DNA of 64,000 bases from Patescibacteria group bacterium (GTDB taxonomy: Bacteria > Patescibacteriota > Gracilibacteria > Peribacterales > Peribacteraceae), in assembly GCA_018814875.1 (NCBI GenBank), contig JAHIYH010000045.1, forward strand, positions 13,316-77,315, read 5' to 3'. The notes beneath the pieces are model-generated. The model was not told the origin of the DNA, did no database searches, and saw only the letters and a program-made list of their open reading frames with translations. Position numbers and translations under genes: made by a program. Shown here in pieces: positions 28,157 to 36,937 of this stretch (within the stretch, counting starts at the first letter, position 1; each line of letters starts with the position of its first letter).

Positions 28157-28309
28157 ATTAAGAGAACTCCGAACATTGCAACAAGAAGGAAAGCCTTCAT
28201 AAGTTGTGGGGGAAGGGACGCCAAGATTACATTCTCACAGATTAGTTGCGCAACCCTAACTAAAGAAAGTCGGCTTGTCAGAGGGCAGAAAACTGTACAC
28301 AAATTTACT

Positions 28310-28600
28310 TCACCAAGAGGCCAAATCATCATCAGGAGCTGCTTTATTTTGAATCCGTTTTCCGCACAGAGCGCATTCATGAAGGATGACCCACCCTTTT
28401 TTGGCGTTTTGATTGAGTTCAATAGGATGCATCAATCCGCCACATTTTGATTCTCTGTCTCCGGGGCCTTCTTCATCAACATGTTTTGAGCATAGGCAGT
28501 ACGAACAGTGGTTTCTGTAGCTACCATTTTCGAGTGGTTGCACTTCTTTATTGCAATTATCACAGACGAACGGTTCTTGGCGGGGGATGAAAGTGGACAA
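28310..28600 (-). CDS. RNHCP domain-containing zinc-ribbon protein
   Basis: CDNC...YRNHCSYCLCSKHVD...CGG...CALCG pattern; TTG start. Confidence 0.6.
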   Translation of the reverse strand: MSTFIPRQEPFVCDNCNKEVQPLENGSYRNHCSYCLCSKHVDEEGPGDRESKCGGLMHPIELNQNAKKGWVILHECALCGKRIQNKAAPDDDLASW

Positions 28601-28640
28601 GGGGGAAAAAGAGGAAAAGGAATTAAAGGAGAAAAAAGAG
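28601..28640. repeat. purine-rich arm (plus strand) flanking four-helix-bundle gene
   Basis: gggggaaaaagaggaaaaggaattaaaggagaaaaaagag, complementary to 29027..29070. Confidence 0.65.
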
Positions 28641-28641
28641 A

Positions 28642-29019
28642 TTACTTATTAAGTATGCCAGATCGAAATTTATTGAGTAGATAACTAACTTTTCCAACTT
28701 GATTGTTGAGTTCCTCGTATTGTTCTGCGGTGATGTAATCTAATCTTGAGCTAAGCGAGAGTTGGTAGTCCAATTCTTCCAATGAACCTTCGGCATGCTC
28801 AAGATAGTGAAGTCGCTCCTTATTTGAGCGTTTCGTATTGCCTTCAACAATGTTGGTCGGGACACTTGTGGCAGATCGTCTTATCTGCGCACAGAGAGCA
28901 TATCGTTCTTCAGGAGGAAATTTAGGAAGTAATTTATAAACTTCGAGACAGAGTGCATCTGCCTCTTTCCAAACAATCAAATTCTGATAAGGGCGTTTTC
29001 TCATAGAAAAGTTATTCAC
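28642..29019 (-). CDS. four-helix-bundle protein (23S rRNA IVS protein family)
   Basis: LIVWKEADALCLEVY...QIRRSATSVPTNIVEG motif; GTG start. Confidence 0.85.
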   Translation of the reverse strand: MNNFSMRKRPYQNLIVWKEADALCLEVYKLLPKFPPEERYALCAQIRRSATSVPTNIVEGNTKRSNKERLHYLEHAEGSLEELDYQLSLSSRLDYITAEQYEELNNQVGKVSYLLNKFRSGILNK

Positions 29020-29026
29020 GATAACA

Positions 29027-29070
29027 CCCTTTTTCTCCTTTGTCTCATTTTTCTCCTTTATCTCCTTTAT
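29027..29070. repeat. pyrimidine-rich arm (plus strand) flanking four-helix-bundle gene
   Basis: ccctttttctcctttgtctcatttttctcctttatctcctttat. Confidence 0.65.
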
Positions 29071-30164
29071 TAGACATTAAACTTAAACAGCATCACATCC
29101 CCATCCTTTACTAAGTATCCCTTCCCTTCGCTTCGCATCTTCCCCCTTTCCTTTGCGCCAGCTTCCCCGCCAAATTCTACAAAGTCATCGTAAGCAATTG
29201 TTTCTGCACGAATGAACCCTTTCTCGAAGTCTGTGTGGATCACCCCTGCAGCCTGTGGTGCTTTGGAGCCTTCGCGAACAGTCCACGCGCGTGCTTCCTT
29301 GGGGCCTGCTGTAAAGAAGGTGATGTAACCTAGTGCAGAGTATGCGGCTCGTGCAAGTGAATCGAGTCCTGACGAATTTACTTTGAATTCACTTAAAAAC
29401 TCTTTGGTTTCTTCTGCAGAGAGATCTTGCAAATCTTCTTCTATCTTTGCAGAAATCGTCACCACTTCACTTTCTTCCGGAAGCCCAAGTTGTTCACGTG
29501 CTTCGTGCACACTAAGAGTGTGAAGTTGATTTTCGGAAACATTTGCTGCGTAAATAATCGGTTTATTGGTCATAAGATTAAATGTGCTCATGATCTTTGC
29601 TTCATCTTCGTTAAGCTGAGTAGTAGATGCGAAGAGCGTTTGTTCTAGTTGAGCTTTTACTTTCTCCAGAACTTGGGCTTCCTTTTGTTTTTCTGTACCC
29701 CCAATCTTGGCAGCATTACCGATCTTATCGAATCGATTCTCTATTGTCTGAAGATCAGAAAGGCAAAGTTCTGTTTCTATTGTCTCTCTGTCACGTTTGG
29801 GATCTACTGCTCCTTCCACATGTGTTACGTTTTGATCATCAAAGAATCGTACTATGTGGCAGAGAGCATTAACTTCTCGTATTGCTCCCAGAAATTTGTT
29901 CCCCAGTCCTTCTCCTTTGTGGGCTCCTTTAACTAGTCCTGCAATGTCCAGAAATTCAACTGTTGCTGGTACAACCTTTTCTGGTTTCACTATCTCAGTA
30001 ATTTTGTCTAATCGTTCATCAGGAACTTTTACAATTCCAACGTTAGGATCAATAGTACAGAAAGGGAAGTTTCCTGCTTCTGCTCCACGTGTTCTAGTGA
30101 GCGCATTAAAGAGCGTGGATTTGCCTACGTTAGGAAGACCGATGATGCCGATTTGCATAGCCAT
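29070..30164 (-). CDS. ychF: ribosome-binding ATPase YchF
   Basis: IGIIGLPNVGKSTLFNALT G1 motif, C-terminal TGS-like domain (GFIRAE...); start trimmed to MAMQIGIIG. Confidence 0.93.
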   Translation of the reverse strand: MAMQIGIIGLPNVGKSTLFNALTRTRGAEAGNFPFCTIDPNVGIVKVPDERLDKITEIVKPEKVVPATVEFLDIAGLVKGAHKGEGLGNKFLGAIREVNALCHIVRFFDDQNVTHVEGAVDPKRDRETIETELCLSDLQTIENRFDKIGNAAKIGGTEKQKEAQVLEKVKAQLEQTLFASTTQLNEDEAKIMSTFNLMTNKPIIYAANVSENQLHTLSVHEAREQLGLPEESEVVTISAKIEEDLQDLSAEETKEFLSEFKVNSSGLDSLARAAYSALGYITFFTAGPKEARAWTVREGSKAPQAAGVIHTDFEKGFIRAETIAYDDFVEFGGEAGAKERGKMRSEGKGYLVKDGDVMLFKFNV

Positions 30165-30217
30165 TGATGGGCATAGTACTTTGTTCGATTGATGTAGCAA
30201 AATATTCTCTTGTGATA

Positions 30218-30383
30218 GGAAACCAAGGAATCCTAAGAAACCTAAGAATCCAAAGAATGGTTATGTTTTTATCGACATAAATCTTGATAGATGTTTCACA
30301 ACAGCCCCTTGGATTCCTTGGTTTCCTTGGTTTCTTAGGATTCCTTGGTTTCTTCGGATTCCTTGGTTTCCTTAATTTCTTAG
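30218..30383. repeat. long hairpin with (CCAARGAAW)n 9-nt-unit arms
   Basis: ggaaaccaaggaatcctaagaaacctaagaatccaaagaatgg ... cccttggattccttggtttccttggtttcttaggattccttggtttcttcggattccttggtttcc; lies in a divergent promoter region. Confidence 0.7.
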
Positions 30384-30482
30384 ATTACCAATAAATTGCC
30401 TCCAAAACGGTAATTCAAAGCCAAATACGACCATCTCAGAGCATTGACAATTATGCATAACTCTTTACAATAAGACCCTTAC

Positions 30483-31739
30483 ATGCGCAAACGTCTAGTA
30501 TCATTTTTGGCTTACCACGCGTCGCTCGCGAGCGCCGTGGCTTATATAGCGCTTCTGAGCGTCACAGTGGCAGCGAATGCCGCTTCGTTTGCGGATGTCT
30601 CTGGAACGCCATACGAGACAGCATTTGTATATCTTTCTCAAAAAGGGATCATTAATGGGTACATAACAGGAGAAGGAAGACCCAACGGACCTCTTAATAG
30701 AGCGGAAGCTTTAAAAGTTATTATGGGACTTAGATATAAAGATCGTGTTGAGTGGTTCGAGCAAAACATGGTTCCAATGCCGCTTTTTGTAGATATCGAT
30801 CAGAATGCATGGTATGCGCCATACATCGAAGCGGCTTTTGAAGCGAATCTTATAACTGGTTATTCCGATCGTACCTTTCGTCCATCACATTATCTGACGG
30901 TGGAAGAGGCTGTGACGATGGCGTTACGTGCGTATGGAGTGTTAGGTTCCGACAATGGGGCAGAGCTTTCCCCATATATTCAGAATCGTGATAGTGAATG
31001 GTTTACACCATATATAAATGCGGCAATCACAAAGAACCTGATTATGCATCAGGGCAGATTGGAACTTGGTCAGGTGATGACGCGCGGGCGCTTCTTCGAT
31101 TTAGTTTACCGTTTGGATAAAGTGCAGAAAGATGGGTCACTGGCATATCGTGGTCTAGAGCCGCAATCTCCTGTGTCAGCGCAACAGAGAGTACAGATTG
31201 TGCAGGCCGTGCAGTCACGAACGACTAGTCAGATATCACAAGGAACGATCAATGTGCCACAGACAGTTGCAGTTGCACAGAATTCCCATGCATCCGAGAA
31301 ATATTTCTCCCTTTCTATGCCAACACTTGGGGTAGATGATTTGACCGTGACGCATCCCTCCGATCCTTTTACTTCTGATGGAGTACTTAATCCGTTGCAG
31401 CAAGGTGTTGGGCACCTATTTAGTTATCCTGGTGCAGGAGGAAAGATTATGATTTACGGGCACTCTTCCGGCTATCCATGGGATGTTTCGCAGTACACGA
31501 AGATCTTCCGTAAGGTGAATCAGCTAACTGTTGGTGATCGTATATATGTAACTTATGAAAATAAGCTATTCGCGTACGAGGTAAATTATAAGCAGACGAT
31601 TGCTGCAAGTGATACTAGTCCGTTCAATGATTCAGGTAGTGGAGAAGAGCTCATTCTCTATACTTGCTGGCCACCGGATTCAATCAGTCAACGTTATCTG
31701 GTGCATTCGGTGCCGGTGAGTGCGGTAGCATTGAGATAG
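30483..31739 (+). CDS. SLH-domain protein fused to a sortase-like transpeptidase domain
   Basis: signal/TM, SLH-like repeats (FADVSGTPYE...GIINGY, WYAPYIEAA...ITGYSDRTFRP), C-terminal IYGHSS...LILYTCWP...QRYLV matches the sortase His/Cys/Arg triad pattern. Confidence 0.6.
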   Translation: MRKRLVSFLAYHASLASAVAYIALLSVTVAANAASFADVSGTPYETAFVYLSQKGIINGYITGEGRPNGPLNRAEALKVIMGLRYKDRVEWFEQNMVPMPLFVDIDQNAWYAPYIEAAFEANLITGYSDRTFRPSHYLTVEEAVTMALRAYGVLGSDNGAELSPYIQNRDSEWFTPYINAAITKNLIMHQGRLELGQVMTRGRFFDLVYRLDKVQKDGSLAYRGLEPQSPVSAQQRVQIVQAVQSRTTSQISQGTINVPQTVAVAQNSHASEKYFSLSMPTLGVDDLTVTHPSDPFTSDGVLNPLQQGVGHLFSYPGAGGKIMIYGHSSGYPWDVSQYTKIFRKVNQLTVGDRIYVTYENKLFAYEVNYKQTIAASDTSPFNDSGSGEELILYTCWPPDSISQRYLVHSVPVSAVALR

Positions 31740-31945
31740 TGTGTGGGATTATTGGGAAGGATATGCATGTGCATTCGAATAATAGATTAATCGAATAATC
31801 GATTATTCTAGTATTCAATTATTCGAATCAATATGCTTCGTGTTGTCAATAGCCTTGCAACTATTCAATATAAAAAAGAGAGCGAATTGCATACATTCCA
31901 CTCTCCTTTTAATTACTCAGGAAATATTAGGATTGTTTATCACTG

Positions 31946-32317
31946 TTACTGTTGTGGCTGGTAGATAATGTCGTTGTCACGGAATTCAACGATACACTTT
32001 ACTAAGCGTGATCCGGAGTAGCCTTCACAGTGTTTAGGCATATCGTAACTAGGAGCTGCAGATCGGGTTGTTTCGCTGCCGAGAACCAAAGGAATCTCGA
32101 TGCGACGAGGAAAGCGCAGCATATAGGATCCGATGTCACTTCGTTCACGAATGACACCTATGGAATAGTGATCTACACCATCCAGTTCCATAGCTGCGGA
32201 AGGAGGCGTGCCTTGGAAGGCCAGTACCTGAGCATACTGTGCCGCTCCAGCGCTTAATAGGGCTCCTGCAACGATCCCGACGAGTGCTGCAATTGCAACA
32301 TTGTTATTGCACTTCAT
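31946..32317 (-). CDS. small membrane-anchored protein, paralog family member 1
   Basis: N-terminal TM VAIAALVGIVAGALLSAGAAQ; C-terminal HC..YSGSRLVKCIVEFRDNDIIYQPQQ shared with 33078..33413. Confidence 0.65.
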   Translation of the reverse strand: MKCNNNVAIAALVGIVAGALLSAGAAQYAQVLAFQGTPPSAAMELDGVDHYSIGVIRERSDIGSYMLRFPRRIEIPLVLGSETTRSAAPSYDMPKHCEGYSGSRLVKCIVEFRDNDIIYQPQQ

Positions 32318-32416
32318 GTGGGAAAAGGGAAAGAAATAAATATGTGTTTATATATATTATAACATATATCTGCATAATTAGGAAGTATTAAATAGGAAGT
32401 ATTAGATATTTGTTGA

Positions 32417-32532
32417 TTAGGCACTAGGTTCTAGGCTCTAGGGACTAGATTAGGGACTAGGCAGCTAGGCACTAGGGGCTAGTATTATTGAACTAATTGC
32501 TTGTTGTATCTAGTCCCTAGAGCCTAGTGCCC
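32417..32532. repeat. hairpin with (NNNTAGG)n CTAG-rich arms
   Basis: ttaggcactaggttctaggctctagggactag...ggcactaggggctag versus tctagtccctagagcctagtgccc. Confidence 0.65.
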
Positions 32533-32641
32533 AAACACAGTTGGGTATAAAAAAGAAGAGAAGAATGACTAAAGCGTTCTTCTCTTCCAATGTGTCTTCT
32601 TGAATTGATCTTAAGAAGACTTCGCGAAATCTTCGAGAATA

Positions 32642-33031
32642 TTATTCAAGAGAACCACCAATGCGCTGTACGCATCGGCCGAGTGATCCACCAATAAGAC
32701 CTCTACATTGGTTTGGGACTCTCATGTTTACGTACGAGGATGTAGCTCCGTTCTGAGATTGCCTTTGAAGTATATCACTAGGATCGACTACTTCTGCAGC
32801 CGAACGAAGCATCTCGTCAGAGGTTCCTTGTTCAGCAGAAAGGCGAACACTGCGTGTGTTGCGGTACACTCTGGCAAAATGTGGAGCTGCGTAATGCATA
32901 CTTACATTTGATGTGGAAATACCCTGTCTACGAGCAACCAATTGTGCAAGTTGATTAGCTCCTGAGCTAAGAAGTGTTCCTACCATTACACCTGAGAGTA
33001 TTGCTACGGCCATGTTTTGTTTGCAGTTCAT
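32642..33031 (-). CDS. small membrane-anchored protein, paralog family member 2 (divergent)
   Basis: same N-terminal TM (MAVAILSGVMVGTLLSSGANQ) and a C-terminal Cys pair (QCRGLIGGSLGRC). Confidence 0.6.
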   Translation of the reverse strand: MNCKQNMAVAILSGVMVGTLLSSGANQLAQLVARRQGISTSNVSMHYAAPHFARVYRNTRSVRLSAEQGTSDEMLRSAAEVVDPSDILQRQSQNGATSSYVNMRVPNQCRGLIGGSLGRCVQRIGGSLE

Positions 33032-33077
33032 GAATGTATGGGTGAAAGAAATAAAAACGGTACATTTAGTGTTTAAC

Positions 33078-33413
33078 TTATTGCTGAGGCTGATAAATCA
33101 CCTCATTATCGCGGAATTCAACAAAACATTTTGCTAGTCTTGCTCCACTTAATTTCATGCAATGCGATGGCACTCTATTGTTAGGAGCAGCCATGCGCAT
33201 ACTTCCCTGATCTTCGATGCGGTTTTGGATACGTGGCAGACTAAATACTTGATTGATACTTCCGTAGTCACGAATGTTGTCGAGTGATTTGATGTATGTT
33301 GGATTAATCCCCTGTGCGAGTATTTTGCTGAATTGCATAGTACCAGCGCCCATAAGCATACCGGCGACTACTCCAACTAGCGCAGCAACTACAACATTTC
33401 TATTTGTTTTCAT
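33078..33413 (-). CDS. small membrane-anchored protein, paralog family member 3
   Basis: start trimmed to MKTNRNVVVAALVGVVAG; C-terminal HCMKLSGARLAKCFVEFRDNEVIYQPQQ. Confidence 0.65.
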   Translation of the reverse strand: MKTNRNVVVAALVGVVAGMLMGAGTMQFSKILAQGINPTYIKSLDNIRDYGSINQVFSLPRIQNRIEDQGSMRMAAPNNRVPSHCMKLSGARLAKCFVEFRDNEVIYQPQQ

Positions 33414-33733
33414 ATGTTTGTTTGGAAGTTTGTATTCAGTTATATTATAGCGAAAATGGCGAGAATTAGCAATATTGTGAATTTGTGACCAATATGCCAT
33501 TGTAAGATTAATGACAGATGCAAAAGGTGATCACAGGCCTGAATGGATGGAAGTAGCTGATAAAGCTTTAAGTGCTGCTGCCAAGTATATTGAGGAAAGG
33601 AAGAATGATCCTGAGGTAATTAAGCTTGCTAGGCAAGATTCGTACGCAATCATCTGCTACTCTTGAGAAGCTTCAGCTAGGTGTCCGAATCGGGCGATAG
33701 TAAGATCGAAGCACATGAGTCAATAGGAGTGGA

Positions 33734-36214
33734 TTACCCAATCCTTCTCAATATTTCCCTATCCACGAACTCCTTCTGTCTTCCATACGTCAAACGGCTT
33801 AATTGTTTAAATGCTTCTGCTGCCTGTGGGTCTTTTGGATATGTTGTATCCAGCCATGGGCGTGGTACTTCTATCGAGAATGGGCGTGAAGGCTTGCCAT
33901 CAATACTCAGTTTCATCGCTCCCTTGAATGCATCCATATTCACCAGATCTTGTTCCGAGAAGACTGGTGCCATTTCTTTAGCTCCAACTTCAGCATCTTG
34001 CGGTCCAATTTTGTAGAACATCATCGTACCGACGTTTCCAAATATTGCTCCTTTGAGGCTGGTCTTACCGGAGAGTCTGTCATCTTTTTCTAGCTGATCT
34101 ATGTATTGATGAGCTAGAACCAAGCCAAGGCGATACTTTCTGGCTTCAGAAAGAATCGATTCAATCGAATCGGTTACAAAGTTTTGGAATTCATCAATGT
34201 ATAGGAAGAAGTCACGTCGCTCCTCACTTGATTGCTGTTGCCTTCGCATTGCAGCAACTTGGATTTTATTTACAAAGATCATACCAAGAAGTTGTGAGTT
34301 GATATCTCCTATCAGTCCCTTGGATAGATTCACCAGTAGAATCTTCCCATTATTCATGACTTCCGAAATATCAAAAGAGCTCTTGGTTTGTCCTACTATA
34401 TTGCGGATGAGTGTGTTGGTGTAGAACTGTCCGAATTTAGCCGCAAAATAGGGGATCATCTCTTGTTTCTCGCGTTGACCGGTTTGTGCCATTTGCTTCT
34501 CCCAGAAGGATCTTACGATAGGGTTCTTTACTTTGGATACTTTGTATTTCTGCCAATCATCATCTGTGAATAGTTTGACGAGGTCGGTAATTGCTCCACC
34601 TTCTTCTTCATCTTCCATCAAAGTAAGACATCCATTTCGGAAGTAATCCTGAAGACGAGGTCCAAAGACTTCGTTTCCAAACATCTTCACCATCATGTTC
34701 ATGGCATCAAGTGCGATCAGGTCTCTCTCTTCTGCTGTTTTCCCTTCCAGTAAGTTAAGACCCATAGGACGCTGAGTATCTGCTGGATTAAAGTAGATCA
34801 CATCATCGGCACGTTCACGTGGGATGTATGGGAGCAGATCTTCGACCAATGATCCGTGCGGGTCCACTATGCACAACCCCTTTCCATCATGAAAATCCTG
34901 CCGTGCCATTAGTTGCATGATCGAAGACTTACCAGTACCAGTTTGTCCGATTATGTATAAATGACGGAAACGATCTTCGTTTTTCATGAAAACATCACGT
35001 TTTTCTCCGCGGTGTGTATTGGTTCCAAGTCTTAATCCTTCTTCCGGAAGATCCTTTGGAGCAGGGGCAATTTTAAAGTTCTGCCATTTAATTGTTTCTA
35101 CTTTGTTATATTTGATATTGGGCAAATGGAAGAAGCTGGTGAGCTCAGTTGTACCAAGGAGCATCTTGGGTGACAGGAGTGTTTGCTTTAGTGTGCGATG
35201 TGGAGAACGTCTAATAAAATTCGTAATGGTTTTCTTCAGTTGGACTATTCGTGGCTTCTTAAAGCCATTGCCACGGACGGCTGTGAATTGTCCAAAGGAT
35301 GCTGCTAGTGAGTTTAGAAGTGTCTGAGTACGCGCTTGATTATCTGCAGAGGTAACTAGTCGTATCACACAATTGAATCCTGGTTGTCCGGCCTTCTCGT
35401 CTATTGCTTTGCTATATTCCTCTACCATTTGCGAAACACGTTCACCTGTTGCTTGCGCTTCGCCTTGTATATTAATCAGCTCATTGCCATGTGTGATTAT
35501 GCTGAAAGCTGCTGATAACCATCCGATAGGATTCCACCATTTTATACTTTTCTTTTTTGGATTAATGATTTGTGCGGCTGCTTTTTGCAGATGTTTCTGC
35601 CATCCCGATTTTACAGGTTGAAGAACTAATTGCACCGCTGCACCCTCGCCTACTTCCAGTTTGGAAAATGCATTCGTAATGTTATTAAATGGATCACTCT
35701 TGAGTTGTTGATACGTACGGAATACTGACGTGAATGGTTTGGCGGGAGAGAGTGGTTGTACTGCGACTACTGATTTTTCTGTGAAGATGTTGTAGTCTTC
35801 CACTTCGTCGATGATCGTATCAGGGTAGAAGGATGTAATTTGTTTTTCTATTAAAGAAGCGTACTTTCGTGGGCAGACTACGAAGAAAAGAATCTCTCCT
35901 GCAAGTGCTGCGTATTCCAAAGAAAAGAACGGCTGCCCGCGCCAGAGTCGTTCGATGCGGGATTCATAGATTCCGTGCAATGCTTCAAAAAGATGTTCCA
36001 TTACACCAAGAACTTCACGGAAGTCCTGACCTGTGGAGAAGCGCTCCGATTCAACCTCTTTGTCTTCTTTGCTTTCCTTCTTTGGTATTAAAAGTTGCAG
36101 AAAAACTAAGTCTCTCTCATATCTACGTTCAGCCGCACGGCGGCAGAGCCAGAGTAGGCCCATAGTGCCTCCAGCTAGAGAAATAAGTGCAATGATAATG
36201 AAAAGGATGTTCAT
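33734..36214 (-). CDS. membrane-anchored VirD4/TraD-TraG-like (FtsK/HerA superfamily) P-loop ATPase, paralog 1
   Basis: N-terminal TM; Walker A IIGQTGTGKSS; CIVDPHGSL; Walker B FLYIDEFQNF; paralog of 58432..61044. Confidence 0.65.
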   Translation of the reverse strand: MNILFIIIALISLAGGTMGLLWLCRRAAERRYERDLVFLQLLIPKKESKEDKEVESERFSTGQDFREVLGVMEHLFEALHGIYESRIERLWRGQPFFSLEYAALAGEILFFVVCPRKYASLIEKQITSFYPDTIIDEVEDYNIFTEKSVVAVQPLSPAKPFTSVFRTYQQLKSDPFNNITNAFSKLEVGEGAAVQLVLQPVKSGWQKHLQKAAAQIINPKKKSIKWWNPIGWLSAAFSIITHGNELINIQGEAQATGERVSQMVEEYSKAIDEKAGQPGFNCVIRLVTSADNQARTQTLLNSLAASFGQFTAVRGNGFKKPRIVQLKKTITNFIRRSPHRTLKQTLLSPKMLLGTTELTSFFHLPNIKYNKVETIKWQNFKIAPAPKDLPEEGLRLGTNTHRGEKRDVFMKNEDRFRHLYIIGQTGTGKSSIMQLMARQDFHDGKGLCIVDPHGSLVEDLLPYIPRERADDVIYFNPADTQRPMGLNLLEGKTAEERDLIALDAMNMMVKMFGNEVFGPRLQDYFRNGCLTLMEDEEEGGAITDLVKLFTDDDWQKYKVSKVKNPIVRSFWEKQMAQTGQREKQEMIPYFAAKFGQFYTNTLIRNIVGQTKSSFDISEVMNNGKILLVNLSKGLIGDINSQLLGMIFVNKIQVAAMRRQQQSSEERRDFFLYIDEFQNFVTDSIESILSEARKYRLGLVLAHQYIDQLEKDDRLSGKTSLKGAIFGNVGTMMFYKIGPQDAEVGAKEMAPVFSEQDLVNMDAFKGAMKLSIDGKPSRPFSIEVPRPWLDTTYPKDPQAAEAFKQLSRLTYGRQKEFVDREILRRIG

Positions 36215-36267
36215 AATGGATATCGTACCATTTTACCATTTATTTTGCCTATTTGATAGACCTGCTC

Positions 36268-36384
36268 CCTAGGAGCTAGGGGCTAGGGACTAGGCGTCTA
36301 GGGACTAGTAGAAACGAACTATAGGCTTGTTTAATCTAGCCCCTAGTTCCTAATGCTTAGTCCCTAAACTAGCCCCTAGCTGCC
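36268..36384. repeat. hairpin with CTAG-rich arms
   Basis: cctaggagctaggggctagggactaggcgtctagggactag versus tctagcccctagttcctaatgcttagtccctaaactagcccctagctgcc; the last 23 nt recur at 3223..3245. Confidence 0.65.
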
Positions 36385-36770
36385 TATTTTTTCCACATTT
36401 TTTTTGTCTTCAACAAATTCTCAACCATCTCTAGAAGAGATTTGATTGTCATCTCGTTCTTTACAAAGTAGTCATCAGCACCCAATTTGGTAGCTCTGGC
36501 TCGGTTTTCTTCATTTCCGAAGTTCGTTAGGACTAGAATTGGGAAGGTACGTTTTCCTTTTGGAAATTTCTCCATAACAGCAAAGCCATCCAGAACAGGC
36601 ATGTTCAAATCAAGTATTAGGATATCTGGCGATTTGGCTGAGAGCGAAGCAATAGCTTCTTCTCCGTTTTTCACTGTCTCAATTTCGAATCCATTTAGTT
36701 TGAATTTCTTCGAGTAGACTTCTCGTAAAACGGGGTCGTCTTCAGCGATAAGGATGTATACATTATTCAT
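36384..36770 (-). CDS. stand-alone response-regulator receiver (CheY-like)
   Basis: ILIAEDD...ILILDLNMPVLDG...LTNF...K pattern; start trimmed to MNNVYILIAEDD. Confidence 0.85.
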   Translation of the reverse strand: MNNVYILIAEDDPVLREVYSKKFKLNGFEIETVKNGEEAIASLSAKSPDILILDLNMPVLDGFAVMEKFPKGKRTFPILVLTNFGNEENRARATKLGADDYFVKNEMTIKSLLEMVENLLKTKKMWKK

Positions 36771-36857
36771 TACTGGTAACTTTAGCGCATTAGGAGTGAT
36801 AATCAATAGGTTCTTTGCTTTACAGATAGTGGTAATTGTCTCGTTTATATAATAGGT

Positions 36858-36937
36858 TGGAAAGAAACCAAAGAATCCGAGGAAACCAAAGAATCCAAAG
36901 GGTAAGACTGTTAGTCCTTTGGTTTCCTAGGTTTCTT
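36858..36937. repeat. hairpin with (CCAARGAAW)n arms
   Basis: tggaaagaaaccaaagaatccgaggaaaccaaagaatccaaaggg versus cctttggtttcctaggtttctt. Confidence 0.65.

Noticed and set aside
28147-28422. 91-aa minus-strand ORF overlapping the RNHCP gene
   Set aside because: It overlaps the 3' part of the better-supported RNHCP ORF in another frame, has no recognisable features and partly covers a hairpin repeat.
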